A stretch of DNA of 64,000 nucleotides, taken from positions 126,308-190,307 of the forward strand of contig JBEKYR010000007.1 in NCBI GenBank assembly GCA_049510745.1. The letters are read 5' to 3'. The stretch comes from Verrucomicrobiota bacterium (GTDB lineage: Bacteria; Verrucomicrobiota; Verrucomicrobiia; Limisphaerales; Palsa-1400). Made by a program: the position numbers and the translations under genes. Below, piece after piece: positions 32,513 through 43,696 of this stretch (its first letter is position 1; the number at the start of each line of letters is the position of its first letter). A model generated the notes under the pieces. It did not search any database, had not been told where the DNA came from, and saw only the letters and a program-made list of their open reading frames with translations.

Positions 32513-35500
32513 ATGCGGATTTTACCTGAATCTGGTTTCTGTCCGAAGTTGCCGGGTCAAGTTCTCGTGCAACTACAGGTCAGCTTGTTTTTTTTTCTGG
32601 CATTAAACAATTCGTCTGGCCGCGATTTTTCACAGCTTTCCGAATACCAGACGACAAGCTGGCGGGTTGAAGATGGATTGCCCCAAAGCACGGTGACCTG
32701 TATTGCCCAGTCTTCGGATGGATATTTGTGGCTGGGAACGCAAAACGGTCTGGTTCGTTTTGACGGCGTGAAGTTCCGGGTGTTTGATGAAATTAACACG
32801 TCTGCAATCAAGAACAGCCGGATTGTCCGGCTGTTGAGTGACAAGGATGGAACTCTTTGGGTCGGCGCCGAGCACGGTGGATTGGTCTGTCTTCGCAAGG
32901 GCCAATTCACCTCGTATGAGGTGCCGAGCCGGGGGACGACACATGATTATGCCCGCGTCTTTTGTGACGATCGCGCAGGCACCTTGTGGCAGGTGTCCTG
33001 CGAATGGCAACTCATCAAGTTTTTGAAAGGCCAATTCACGGTGTTTTCGGACAGTTGGAATTTATCCAGCCATGCGGCTCAGGCGCTGACGTGTGATGTT
33101 GAGGGGCAAATCTGGGTTGGAACCGACAGCGAACTGGCCGTCATGCAAGGCGGCCGCTTTCAGCCGGTGTGGGGCCGTACGAACGAGGAAAACTTTCAAG
33201 TGGCCTTCCTCTCACCCAGTCGCGGGGGCGGAGTCTGGGTGGCGGCAAATGGGCGTTTGCGAAAATTTGAGGCGGGGCATTGGACGATTGATCTGGGAGC
33301 CTATAGTTGGACCAATCGGCCAATCTATGACCTGTATGAGGACAGAGAAAACCGTCTTTGGGTGGCGACTCTTGGCAGCGGATTGTTTCGATATGACCTC
33401 AACGGCGAGGGGCTTCACCTGACCTCTCAAAACGGACTGCCAACGGATTTTGTGCGCTGTGTCACGGAGGATCGGGAAGGCAATGTTTGGGTTGGAACTG
33501 AAGGAGGTGGCTTGTGCCGCTTAAAGCAATCCATATTCCAGACTTATGGAGTCAAACAGGGGTTGGCGAGCGATCAAGTCATGGCAGTGGCCGAGGCGCG
33601 AGACGGAGGTTTATGGATCAGCACCGATGGAGACGGCCTCGACCATTGGAAGGACGGCAAGGTTCGGCATTACGGATTTAACGAGGGGTTGAGAAACGGC
33701 CAAGTGTGGTCGGTGATTCAAGATCGCCACGGCATTGTGTGGGCCGGCACTTGGGACGGATTTTATGAACTGGAGGGTGGGAAGTTCAGCGGCCTCTCCG
33801 ACGGGCTGACCATTGGCTGGCAGGTGCTGGCGATGTATGAGGATGCGGAAGGCAATTTGTGGCTTGGCCAGCAGGCTTTTGGAGGGATTACACGACTGCG
33901 AAACGCGGAACGAACCGTGGTCAAAATTCCAGGAACATCCGCCAATCTGGATGTGCGAACCATCAGGGAAGATCACGACGGCAACCTCTGGGTGGGAACC
34001 AGCGAGGATGGCCTGTATCGGATCAAGGACGGAAAATCTATTCACTTTGGCCGGAAAGACGGGCTGGGCGGCAATTCGATCTGGTGTTTGTATGTGGATG
34101 ACCAGGGAGTGCTCTGGGTGGGCGCCTGTCGCGGCGGATTAAGCCGATGGCAGAATGGGCATTTTATCACCTGGACAACCAAGAATGGTTTGATCAACAA
34201 CGTGATCTGTCAGATTCTGGAGGATGATCGAGGCAATCTTTGGCTGGGATCGTATGGCGGCGTATTCCGGATCAACAAACAGGAACTCAATCAATCTGCC
34301 TCCGAACCAAACCGGGAAGTGCATTGTGTTGGATATGGCCTGGAAGATGGCTTGCCCAGTCTTGAATGTCAGGGTGGCTTCCAGCCTTCCGGCTACAGAT
34401 CGCGTGATGGACGGCTTTGGTTTCCAACCATCAAGGGTCTTGTGGTGGTGAATCCCGAGAGGGTCAGCAGGAATTCTCCGCCGCCAACAGTCGTGATCGA
34501 AGATGTCATCGTCGATGGAACACCGAATCCTGAAACGGGTGGGTCCGGCAAATCAAGCGTTGGTTTCTCGGCAAAGACGAGCATTCCGCCGGGCAACCAA
34601 CGCATCGAATTCCAATATACGGCTTTGAGTTTCTCCGCACCCAATGGAGTGCATTTCAAATACCGGCTGGAAGGGTTGGAGAAAGACTGGGAGGACGCGG
34701 GGACAAAACGCGCTGCCGTGTACAGCCATGTCCCAGCGGGGAATTATGATTTTCACGTCATTGCCTGTAACGGCGAAGGGGTGTGGAATGAGACGGGAGC
34801 AACTGTGGCCGTCGCTATATTGCCTTATTTTTGGGAGACAAAGTGGTTTCTGGCCTTGAATGTATTTGCCGGCCTTGTGGCCGTCGCCTCCATTGTTCGC
34901 TACGCCGAAAGGCGAAGGATGCACCGCCGCCTTGATCAGGCCGAACGCGGGCGAGCCATTGAGAAAGAGCGCTCCCGCATTGCCGATGACATTCACGACC
35001 AATTGGGAGCAAATTTGACTGAGATAGCGCTCTTGAGCGAATTCGCCCAGGAACCCACGGCTTCCCCAACGCAGGTTCAGGCAGACATGCAAAAGATCAC
35101 TGCCAAGGCGCGGAACCTGACGCAGATGATGGATGAGGTGGTTTGGGCTGTGAACCCCAAAAACGATATTCTGGAAAAATTTGTGACTTACACGTGCAGC
35201 TTTGCCGAGGAGTATTTGCAGACGGCCAAGATCGCCTGCCGTCTGGAAGTGCCGCAATTTCTGCCCGAAATAATTCTCACCGCTGACGTGCGGCACAATC
35301 TTTTTCTGGTGGTTAAGGAAGCCCTCAATAACATTGTCAAACATGCCGCCGCATCCGAGGCGAGGATTCAAATTGCCCTGGAACCCCAAATGTTAATCCT
35401 GACGATTCAGGACAACGGCAAGGGGTTTTTGAAAAATTCCGCGATCGCCAGCGGCCAGAACATTTCTGCAGGCTGTCAAAGAGACGGCCTGTCCAATATG

Positions 35501-35614
35501 CGCAAGAGAATCGAAAGTATCGCCGGAAGAATTGAACTGGAAAGCCTGCCCGGCAGCGGCACCCGCGTCAAACTCATGATCACACTGGACAACTCAACGC
35601 CTCTGCAAGAATAA
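32513..35614 (+). CDS. Sensor histidine kinase: Reg_prop beta-propellers, Y_Y_Y, TM, HisKA_3, HATPase (paralogue 2)
   Basis: Same architecture as 24305; RIADDIHDQLG, EALNNIVKH, DNGKGF, GLSNM; start uncertain (32480 or 32513). Confidence 0.93.
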   Translation: MRILPESGFCPKLPGQVLVQLQVSLFFFLALNNSSGRDFSQLSEYQTTSWRVEDGLPQSTVTCIAQSSDGYLWLGTQNGLVRFDGVKFRVFDEINTSAIKNSRIVRLLSDKDGTLWVGAEHGGLVCLRKGQFTSYEVPSRGTTHDYARVFCDDRAGTLWQVSCEWQLIKFLKGQFTVFSDSWNLSSHAAQALTCDVEGQIWVGTDSELAVMQGGRFQPVWGRTNEENFQVAFLSPSRGGGVWVAANGRLRKFEAGHWTIDLGAYSWTNRPIYDLYEDRENRLWVATLGSGLFRYDLNGEGLHLTSQNGLPTDFVRCVTEDREGNVWVGTEGGGLCRLKQSIFQTYGVKQGLASDQVMAVAEARDGGLWISTDGDGLDHWKDGKVRHYGFNEGLRNGQVWSVIQDRHGIVWAGTWDGFYELEGGKFSGLSDGLTIGWQVLAMYEDAEGNLWLGQQAFGGITRLRNAERTVVKIPGTSANLDVRTIREDHDGNLWVGTSEDGLYRIKDGKSIHFGRKDGLGGNSIWCLYVDDQGVLWVGACRGGLSRWQNGHFITWTTKNGLINNVICQILEDDRGNLWLGSYGGVFRINKQELNQSASEPNREVHCVGYGLEDGLPSLECQGGFQPSGYRSRDGRLWFPTIKGLVVVNPERVSRNSPPPTVVIEDVIVDGTPNPETGGSGKSSVGFSAKTSIPPGNQRIEFQYTALSFSAPNGVHFKYRLEGLEKDWEDAGTKRAAVYSHVPAGNYDFHVIACNGEGVWNETGATVAVAILPYFWETKWFLALNVFAGLVAVASIVRYAERRRMHRRLDQAERGRAIEKERSRIADDIHDQLGANLTEIALLSEFAQEPTASPTQVQADMQKITAKARNLTQMMDEVVWAVNPKNDILEKFVTYTCSFAEEYLQTAKIACRLEVPQFLPEIILTADVRHNLFLVVKEALNNIVKHAAASEARIQIALEPQMLILTIQDNGKGFLKNSAIASGQNISAGCQRDGLSNMRKRIESIAGRIELESLPGSGTRVKLMITLDNSTPLQE

Positions 35615-35681
35615 AGACACCCCTCTGCCCTTCAAAGCCCATCGCCATGAATCCTGCCCGACGCCACAATCAATGCGACGT

Positions 35682-35699
35682 GTCATTCATTTGCACGAC
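35682..35699. promoter_or_regulatory. 18-bp pseudo-palindrome, candidate response-regulator site (copies at 30683, 36413, 37529)
   Basis: GTCATTCATTTGCACGAC; other copies GTAATTCATTTGAACGAC, GTAGTTCATTTGCGCGAC, GTAGTTCATTTGCATGAC, each intergenic and upstream of a + strand gene. Confidence 0.65.
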
Positions 35700-35771
35700 T
35701 GCCATCCCCCGCTTTTGTCATTGGCTCATTCCTGCCAGCTTGATACAACATGAAGTTGACATTTTGGATTT

Positions 35772-36401
35772 GTGCCTATTGTTGTTTCCATAGTCGAGGA
35801 TGACGACGGCGTTCGCGCCGGGCTTGTGCGGCTCCTTGAAAAATCCCGGGATTTTCGCCTCCTGGCCAGTTATCCCGACGCAGAATCCGCACTGCGGGGA
35901 ATACCGCAAGCCCGTCCGGACATTCTGCTGATGGACATTCATTTGCCCACGATGAACGGAATTGAATGCGTCCAAAAACTGCACGCTTTGGACCCTTCAC
36001 TGCGGGTGATCATGCTGACGGTTTATGAGAATCCAGAACAGATTTTCGACGCCTTGCGGGCGGGAGCCATAGGTTACTTGCTGAAACAAAAGCCGTCGGA
36101 GAAACTATTGGAGGCGATTCGTGATGCGCATCAGGGCGGCTCGCCGATGAGCAGCCAGATCGCGCGCAAAGTGGTGCAATTCTTTCGCATTAGCAGGGCG
36201 ACGGAAGCAGACGGCCAACTGTCAGCCCGGGAGGTTGAAGTGCTGACGCTGTTGTCCAAAGGGCACCTGATCAAGGAGATTGCCGACCATTTGGGCATCA
36301 GCTTTGTCACCGTTCGCACCTACATCCGGCGCATCTACGAAAAGCTGCACGTCCACTCTCGATCCCAAGCCGTCGCCCATTTTTTCCAACCTCCGCGTTG
36401 A
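35772..36401 (+). CDS. NarL/LuxR-family response regulator (paralogue 2)
   Basis: IVEDD, LLMDIHLP, GYLLKQ, LSAREVEVL, YEKLHVHSRSQAV; GTG start. Confidence 0.95.
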   Translation: MPIVVSIVEDDDGVRAGLVRLLEKSRDFRLLASYPDAESALRGIPQARPDILLMDIHLPTMNGIECVQKLHALDPSLRVIMLTVYENPEQIFDALRAGAIGYLLKQKPSEKLLEAIRDAHQGGSPMSSQIARKVVQFFRISRATEADGQLSAREVEVLTLLSKGHLIKEIADHLGISFVTVRTYIRRIYEKLHVHSRSQAVAHFFQPPR

Positions 36402-36467
36402 TGACACGGGCCGTAGTTCATTTGCGCGACAAGACAAAATCCGAAAAGCGGCTATTCTACATTGCGC

Positions 36468-37331
<864 letters not shown>

Positions 37332-37336
37332 CATTC

Positions 37337-37570
37337 GTCAGTCCGGGAAGTTGAAGTGCTGACGCTGTTGTCCAAAGGGCATCTGATCAAGGAAATTGCC
37401 GGCCATTTGGGCTTCAGCTTTGTCACCGTTCGCGCCTACATCCGGCGCATCTACGAAATGCTGCACGTCCACTCCCGATCCCAAGCCGTCGCCAAATTCT
37501 TTCAACCTCCGCCTTGAAGACACAGGGTGTAGTTCATTTGCATGACAAGACAAAATCCAAAAACCGGCTA
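37337..37570 (+). repeat. 234-bp direct copy of 36221-36454 (LuxR HTH-coding 3' end plus downstream intergenic DNA)
   Basis: Colinear near-identical sequence from gtcag.ccggga.gttgaagtgctgacgctgttgtccaaagggca through gtagttcatttgc..gacaagacaaaatcc.aaaa.cggcta; no start codon or receiver domain. Confidence 0.92.
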
Positions 37571-37609
37571 ACAATCATCACTGAACCAAAAAACAGAAAT
37601 TGAATTCGC

Positions 37610-40300
37610 ATGAAAAACAAGAAAATACAGAAGTTTTTATTAGGAATCGCATTCGCTTGCGCCTGCGCCGCCAGTGCCTGGGCCCAGACGAGTGTGCCGA
37701 GCACTTTCAAACACATCACCATTGACGGTTCATTCGGCGATTGGACGGGCGTGCCGTTGGCATACACCGCGGTGGCGGGACCGACCAACGCCATCCAATA
37801 TGAGAACGTCTATATCGCCAACGATCAGACTAATCTTTATATCCGGTTCACGCTTTACTCGCCTCGTGCCGCGTTCGAAAATTCCTACGATAATATATTC
37901 ATCGATACCGACGACAACTCCGGGACGGGATTCCTCGTCGGGGGAATCGGTTCAGAAATGCTCATCCAGTGGGGTGGCGGCTATCAGGAAAAAAATGGCG
38001 GCTTTAATGAAGGCGGAGTCAATAACCTGGGCTGGAACATCGCCGGGTCGGCGGACAGCCTGGATTATGAGCTGTCCATTTCACTCGGCGCCACCTTTGC
38101 TTCGGACAGCACTCCGGTATTTGCCAACACCACCATCGCAATCCTCCTCGAAGGCGACAACACCAGCTACGCCAATGCGGAATTTGTGCCGCCCTCCGGC
38201 GGTTTGGTTTACACCTTCGCGTCCGCTCCCATACCCCCCTCCACTAATCTTTCGTTGATTACCCTCACCAATTCCTCCTGGGAAGTGAACGCATCGGAGA
38301 CGGACCTTGGCACTAATTGGCTTGGCCAAGCTTACGATGATACCGTGACGGGCTGGACTTCAGGCGACGGATTGTTTGGTTACACACCTTCTCCTGCATC
38401 CTATCCAGCGATCCATACAGCTTTGCTCAGCGGTCCCAACACCTATTATTTCCGCACCCATTTCCAGTGGACCAACGATACCGCCAATGTCGCCTTTGTC
38501 GTCACCAACTATCTTAGCGACGGAGCGGTTTATTACCTGAACGGTGTCGAAGTCAGGCGGATTCGCATGCCAGACGGCGCGGTTTCCTATGCCACAATGG
38601 CGTCGGCCACGAATTCCCCGCTTGGACACGCCGACATTTTTGGCGTTGATGGCGGAGATTTGCAATACGGTGACAACATTCTTGAAGTTGAGACGCATCA
38701 GGCTCCCGCCAGCAGCGCCGATATGGTATTTGGCCTTTCACTAACCGCTGCAATCGACTATCCCGTTCTGGTCGCTACCACCAACCTGCCTGCCGATCAA
38801 ACTGTGCTTGCGGGACTAGCTGTCACTTTCACTTCTGATGTCATTGGCAGCGGCCCGCTCGCTTATCAATGGTTTCTCAACGGCACCAACGCGATTGCCG
38901 GAGCAAATAGTTCAACCTACACAATTCCGTTGGTGTTGACCAACAATGCCGGAAGTTACTCCTTGTTGGTCAGCAACAGTTTCTCCACTGAGACCACCCG
39001 CGCCGCCCTGCTGACCGTGAGCAATACTCCTGTCATCATTATGACAGAACCGGTCAATCAGTTCGCACTTGAGGGCCAGACGGCTACCTTCAATGTCATT
39101 GCTGCAGGAACTCCGGTCATTCAATATCAGTGGTTTTTTGGTACCGATGCCATTCCCGGCGCCACCAATGCCTCCTATACCATTGCCGCCAGTGTCCCCA
39201 CCAACTCCGGCCGCTATTATGTCACTGTCAGTAATCCTGCATCCACCACCAACAGCACCGTGGCAAACTTGACGGTATTGTTGGACACCATCCCGCCTAA
39301 CATCATCAATATCCTGGCAACTGCAAACCAGATTGTCGTGACCTTTGCCAAGCCGCTTGATTCCGTGACCGCGAGTAATGCCGCGATGTATTCCGTCAGT
39401 GACGGGGTAACCGTGGTGGCCGCAACTCAAAACTCGAACAACATCGACCAAGTCATATTAACCACGGGGGTCGGTTTGAATTTTGGGACGCTCTATTCGC
39501 TGACGGTAAATGGCGTAAAGGACTTGTTTGGCAACACTGCTCATGTTACCGGCCAATTCGCTCGCGACATCACTATTGATGGCTCGTTTGACGACTGGAC
39601 CGGCCTCGCGCCGGTGTATAGTTCCAGCGCTCCCAGTGGAAATACAGACGCGGCGGATTTTGAGTACATCTATATGTATAATGACGCCAATTATTACTAT
39701 TTCCGCGTCACCCTCTGGACGGATATTTATCCGGCTGCCGGCCACTTTCCCGCCTACGTTAACATGTTTTATGACACGGATAACAATCCAGCTACAGGCT
39801 ATTCCGCCATTGGTTCCGATATGTTGGTTCAAAGCGGCTACAGCTATTCGGAGCATACGAATAATGCATTCAACGATGGGTATGGCATCAACGGCTTAAA
39901 CTGGCTTTGCCTGCCAGCGGTGCCCGGAACCAATTTTGAATTTCAAATGTCAAGAGCCGCCACCTTCGCGCAGGATGGCACGGCTGTCTTTTCTACGAAC
40001 GTGATCGACTTCCTATTCCAGGGCATGACCCCAAGCTTTGTTGTGGAAAATACAGTTCCTCCAAACGGCGGCGTCGTTTCATACACCAATGCAAGCGTCG
40101 TAAGCGTACCCTCTTTGCTTTTGGGCCTGCTTGCCATCAACCAACTCTCCGGCGGTCAGGCGGCCATTGTTTGGTTTCCGCCAGGTACGTTGCAGTATTC
40201 AACCAACTTGGACGGTCCATGGACAAACCTGCCTGCGGCAACCAGTCCGTATGTCGTTCCCGCCGCAGGTCCGGCACAATTCTTCCGTTTGTCGCAATGA
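37610..40300 (+). CDS. Secreted non-catalytic multidomain protein: two CBM9/DOMON-like domains, a beta-sandwich, Ig domains, C-terminal QFFR domain
   Basis: ITIDGSF.DW twice; TYYFRTHF...DGAVYYLNG; YQWF.....I.GA....Y Ig repeats; no recognisable catalytic motif. Confidence 0.8.
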   Translation: MKNKKIQKFLLGIAFACACAASAWAQTSVPSTFKHITIDGSFGDWTGVPLAYTAVAGPTNAIQYENVYIANDQTNLYIRFTLYSPRAAFENSYDNIFIDTDDNSGTGFLVGGIGSEMLIQWGGGYQEKNGGFNEGGVNNLGWNIAGSADSLDYELSISLGATFASDSTPVFANTTIAILLEGDNTSYANAEFVPPSGGLVYTFASAPIPPSTNLSLITLTNSSWEVNASETDLGTNWLGQAYDDTVTGWTSGDGLFGYTPSPASYPAIHTALLSGPNTYYFRTHFQWTNDTANVAFVVTNYLSDGAVYYLNGVEVRRIRMPDGAVSYATMASATNSPLGHADIFGVDGGDLQYGDNILEVETHQAPASSADMVFGLSLTAAIDYPVLVATTNLPADQTVLAGLAVTFTSDVIGSGPLAYQWFLNGTNAIAGANSSTYTIPLVLTNNAGSYSLLVSNSFSTETTRAALLTVSNTPVIIMTEPVNQFALEGQTATFNVIAAGTPVIQYQWFFGTDAIPGATNASYTIAASVPTNSGRYYVTVSNPASTTNSTVANLTVLLDTIPPNIINILATANQIVVTFAKPLDSVTASNAAMYSVSDGVTVVAATQNSNNIDQVILTTGVGLNFGTLYSLTVNGVKDLFGNTAHVTGQFARDITIDGSFDDWTGLAPVYSSSAPSGNTDAADFEYIYMYNDANYYYFRVTLWTDIYPAAGHFPAYVNMFYDTDNNPATGYSAIGSDMLVQSGYSYSEHTNNAFNDGYGINGLNWLCLPAVPGTNFEFQMSRAATFAQDGTAVFSTNVIDFLFQGMTPSFVVENTVPPNGGVVSYTNASVVSVPSLLLGLLAINQLSGGQAAIVWFPPGTLQYSTNLDGPWTNLPAATSPYVVPAAGPAQFFRLSQ

Positions 40301-40411
40301 TTGGGAAATGAGAGCTGCCAGGCATGGGGGGGCGCCGCGCTGGAGATTGCGCGGCTTCTCCGCCCATGGTGGCGAATGTTGAAAACAGGAGGGGCTAATC
40401 CTGGAAAAAAG

Positions 40412-40439
40412 TTGACGTCCAATCTGGCTGGACTATACT
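40412..40439 (+). promoter_or_regulatory. Candidate sigma70 promoter for pilin paralogue 3
   Basis: TTGACG-16 nt-TATACT, 4 nt upstream of ATG 40444. Confidence 0.45.
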
Positions 40440-40443
40440 GAGT

Positions 40444-41304
40444 ATGAATGCGAAAATGCAGAAGCAATTAACAATGAGTGACGCGATTCGGAATCGTCGT
40501 GCGTATCTCCCGTGCAGTTCCCCGAGTTGTGGTTTTACATTGATTGAATTACTGGTCGTCATCGCTATCATTGCAATTCTGGCGGCGCTGTTGCTGCCGG
40601 CGCTTGCCGCAGCGAAACTAAATTCGAAAGATATTTCTTGTATGAATAACCTGAGACAACTCGGCCTTGCCAACGCAATGTATGCCGGAGACTTTGGGCA
40701 CAACATTCAATATACAGCCAATGCAAATCTGTGGATGGCGTTGCTTCTGGAGTATGATGCGCATGTAAATGGGGTTAGGGTTTGCCCGCTGGCCAGCGAA
40801 CCCACAACGAGGACAGATGCTAGCGTCAGCTACACCTATGGCAGGGCTGATCAGACGTGGAATTGGGCGCCGTCCACCACGAAGTACGTGGGAAGTTATG
40901 CCTATAATGGCTGGCTATATAGCGGAACTTATAGTGTGATGGATTTGTTGGGCGCGCCTAATACATGGGAATACACCAGCCCAACGATTGTAAAACCCTC
41001 GAACGTGCCTCTTCTCGCGGACGCAATGTGGGTTGATGGATGGCCACAGGAAACGGAGGGTCCAGCCAAAGACCTCTACAATGGAAACGCAAACGACGAT
41101 ATGGGACGATTTACCATTGCGCGACACGGAGGGCGTGCTCCGGGAAGCGCTCCCCAGAATATTACATCCAGTGCCTATTTGATCGGTGCGATTAACATTT
41201 TGTTCTATGATGGTCATGCAATGCCGGAGAGGTTGAACTCCTTGTGGACGTTGGACTGGCATGCCAACTGGGCAACACCGGCCACAATACCCAATCCCGA
41301 GTAA
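40444..41304 (+). CDS. Prepilin-type N-terminal cleavage/methylation protein (paralogue 3, close copy of paralogue 2)
   Basis: CG|FTLIELL; long identical blocks with 36468..37331 ([51 protein letters not shown]). Confidence 0.92.
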   Translation: MNAKMQKQLTMSDAIRNRRAYLPCSSPSCGFTLIELLVVIAIIAILAALLLPALAAAKLNSKDISCMNNLRQLGLANAMYAGDFGHNIQYTANANLWMALLLEYDAHVNGVRVCPLASEPTTRTDASVSYTYGRADQTWNWAPSTTKYVGSYAYNGWLYSGTYSVMDLLGAPNTWEYTSPTIVKPSNVPLLADAMWVDGWPQETEGPAKDLYNGNANDDMGRFTIARHGGRAPGSAPQNITSSAYLIGAINILFYDGHAMPERLNSLWTLDWHANWATPATIPNPE

Positions 41305-41372
41305 CATCTTTACAGGACTGGTATCGCCCGGACTGATGATGCCTGGCGCTGGCAAGCTATTTACATGGAATT

Positions 41373-43622
41373 ATGTCACCTTTGCAAATCCAACGAATAA
41401 CAACTATTGTCGGTTTTCTCCTGGTTCGTGCGACTTGTTTGGCCATACTTTGGGCGAATGGTGCGCTGGCGGGCGGCAGTGGCCCCATGCCCGGATTGAA
41501 CACCACCACCCCGTATTTAATTTATTACGGCAATTGGAACTCCAGCCAGGTGGATTACGCACGCACAAACTACCATCTGGTGATTCTTCACCCAGCGAGC
41601 AACATTACATCCAATCAGATTGCCACCATCAAGCGAGGAAAAGACAATATTGCTGGAACGGCTGACGATGTGCTGGTCCTGGCCTATCTCTCCATTGGTG
41701 AGGACGACCGGACTGGAGTGCCGTTTGTAGGCGATGGACTTGGTCCGCGCGTGGATCCACGCGCTTCGGACAGTGCCCCGCTGTCCAGCATTACCAATGC
41801 AATCGGATTGCCGTCTTCCGGAGGCACGCATTATGCGTCCTATTACCTCAATGCGCGAAACAACCAGACCGGCATACCCGATCAAGATGCTAGTTGGGGA
41901 AGTTACTATGTCAACGCCGGCGCACCGGCTTGGTGGAATGTCATCAAAAACATGACCAAAGCCAGCAGCGGCCAAGCCGGTCTGGATGAGATATTGAGCA
42001 CTAACGTTGGCAACGCTTTCAATTGTGACGGTGTTTTTCTCGATACAATCGACACTGCCGCGCCTGACACCTGGGGAACCGAATACGAGTGGACATCTCC
42101 GGGAATGCAGGGTTTGGTGCAACGCATCAGAACAAATTATGTTGGCAAGCTGATCATGGCCAATCGCGGCCTGTTTTTTTATGATCCCAATGTGAAAACC
42201 TACCCGTACACCCTCCGGCCGTACGTGGACATGGTGATGTTTGAAAGTTACTATAGTGACTCGAGCACCAATGCTGTCTCCACTTCGTTTCTTGATAATA
42301 AGTATGATTTTGCGCCCAAGATCAATGCGGAGGCTGGCCGTCCGGATGGATTTACCGTTCTGGCGGTTGATTACGATCACACACCGCCGCAATCTTCGGC
42401 GATCGTCAATCAGGATTACGTTGAATGCATGGGTATTCAAGGCTGGCCATTGTATCGGACAAATCCGTACCTTGACGAGGCGTTGAACACTAATTCGGCC
42501 GCTTGGCTCGCCACGAATGCTGATACGCAGCCTCCGCTGTGGGATAGCACTGCCGCGCAAAGCCCGACGCCTCCGACTCCACGTGTTGGTGTGCAGGAAG
42601 TCACCGTCGGCGATCAAAGCGCAACCGTGTATTGGGATGTGGCCCATGATCAAACGGAGCCAGTGCGCTATAATGTTTACTATTCTTCGGGCGCAGCGAT
42701 GAATTTTCAGACGGCCACGAAGTTAACTCATGTATCCCCAAGTATCCCCGAAAGCTATACTCTTGCAACCGGGCCGGGTATTTATCCCTATGCTTATACC
42801 ATTACTGGTTTGACGAATGAAATGACATACTTCTTTGCTGTTCGCGCGGAAGACAGTTCGACTCCTTCCCACGAAGATGCCAACGCTGTAAACATATCCG
42901 CCGTGCCAGGAACAAGCGGGGCCGTCGGAGCGTATAGGAATATTACTATTGATGGAACATTTTCCGATTGGGCGGGTTTGGCTTGGGCCTACCAAGGGAA
43001 CATGGACACCAATCCCGTAAACTTTGCCGAAGTGCAATTCGCCAATGACACGAATTATCTTTATGGGCATGTCAAATTGTATTCGCCTTACGCTTTGTTC
43101 TCCGATTATTACACGCATCTGTTCATTGACACGGATGATAATAGCCATACTGGCTGTCAGATTACTGGGGTCCTGTTCGGGTCGGAAATGATGATAGAAA
43201 GTGGTTTCGGCTACGACGAGCGCAACGGAACTTTCAATGCCGGGAATGTCTCTGGACTTGATTGGGCCATTGATTCCGGCGCCTCTGGAACGGAATTTGA
43301 ATTTCGGGTTTCGCTTGCCTCCCTGTATTCTGACGGGACCAGGGTGTTTGGAACTAATGCCATGCGGCTGCTGATGCAGGATGATCGCGGGCATGAGTCA
43401 GCTGTCGAAACAGGCATTCCTTACATTTTGGCCGCCCCGCGGGTCGGTCCCTTGTTCATAAGCGGAATTGGAAGCCAGGTGACGATTACGTGGAGTGGGT
43501 CTGGCGCCCTGCAAGTTTCCAGTTCACTGGCGGTCGGCTCATGGACAAATGTGCCGAGTGCGACGAGTCCTTACACGATCCAGGCTGGCATGGCTCAACA
43601 ATTTTTCCGGTTGGGAGAGTGA
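41373..43622 (+). CDS. Secreted GH114/PelA(GH166)-like endo-alpha-1,4-galactosaminidase plus FN3, CBM9/DOMON-like and C-terminal QFFR domains
   Basis: YLIYYG, AYLSIGED, DGVFLDTID, MANRG, VMFES, LAVDY, the motif series of the PelA/GH114 TIM barrel. Confidence 0.82.
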   Translation: MSPLQIQRITTIVGFLLVRATCLAILWANGALAGGSGPMPGLNTTTPYLIYYGNWNSSQVDYARTNYHLVILHPASNITSNQIATIKRGKDNIAGTADDVLVLAYLSIGEDDRTGVPFVGDGLGPRVDPRASDSAPLSSITNAIGLPSSGGTHYASYYLNARNNQTGIPDQDASWGSYYVNAGAPAWWNVIKNMTKASSGQAGLDEILSTNVGNAFNCDGVFLDTIDTAAPDTWGTEYEWTSPGMQGLVQRIRTNYVGKLIMANRGLFFYDPNVKTYPYTLRPYVDMVMFESYYSDSSTNAVSTSFLDNKYDFAPKINAEAGRPDGFTVLAVDYDHTPPQSSAIVNQDYVECMGIQGWPLYRTNPYLDEALNTNSAAWLATNADTQPPLWDSTAAQSPTPPTPRVGVQEVTVGDQSATVYWDVAHDQTEPVRYNVYYSSGAAMNFQTATKLTHVSPSIPESYTLATGPGIYPYAYTITGLTNEMTYFFAVRAEDSSTPSHEDANAVNISAVPGTSGAVGAYRNITIDGTFSDWAGLAWAYQGNMDTNPVNFAEVQFANDTNYLYGHVKLYSPYALFSDYYTHLFIDTDDNSHTGCQITGVLFGSEMMIESGFGYDERNGTFNAGNVSGLDWAIDSGASGTEFEFRVSLASLYSDGTRVFGTNAMRLLMQDDRGHESAVETGIPYILAAPRVGPLFISGIGSQVTITWSGSGALQVSSSLAVGSWTNVPSATSPYTIQAGMAQQFFRLGE

Positions 43623-43696
43623 AGGAGCCACCCGGCAGGTTGAATTTGCAGTTGAAGTTTGGTAATTATAAATGAAAAGAGTAATTATAGGAATGA
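43619..43696 (+). repeat. 78-bp direct repeat with 45128-45205 (intergenic plus first codons)
   Basis: gtgaaggagcc.cccggc.ggtt.aatttgc.gttgaagttt.gt.att.taaATGaaaaga.taattataggaatga at both loci; MKRVIIGM versus MKRIIIGM. Confidence 0.9.
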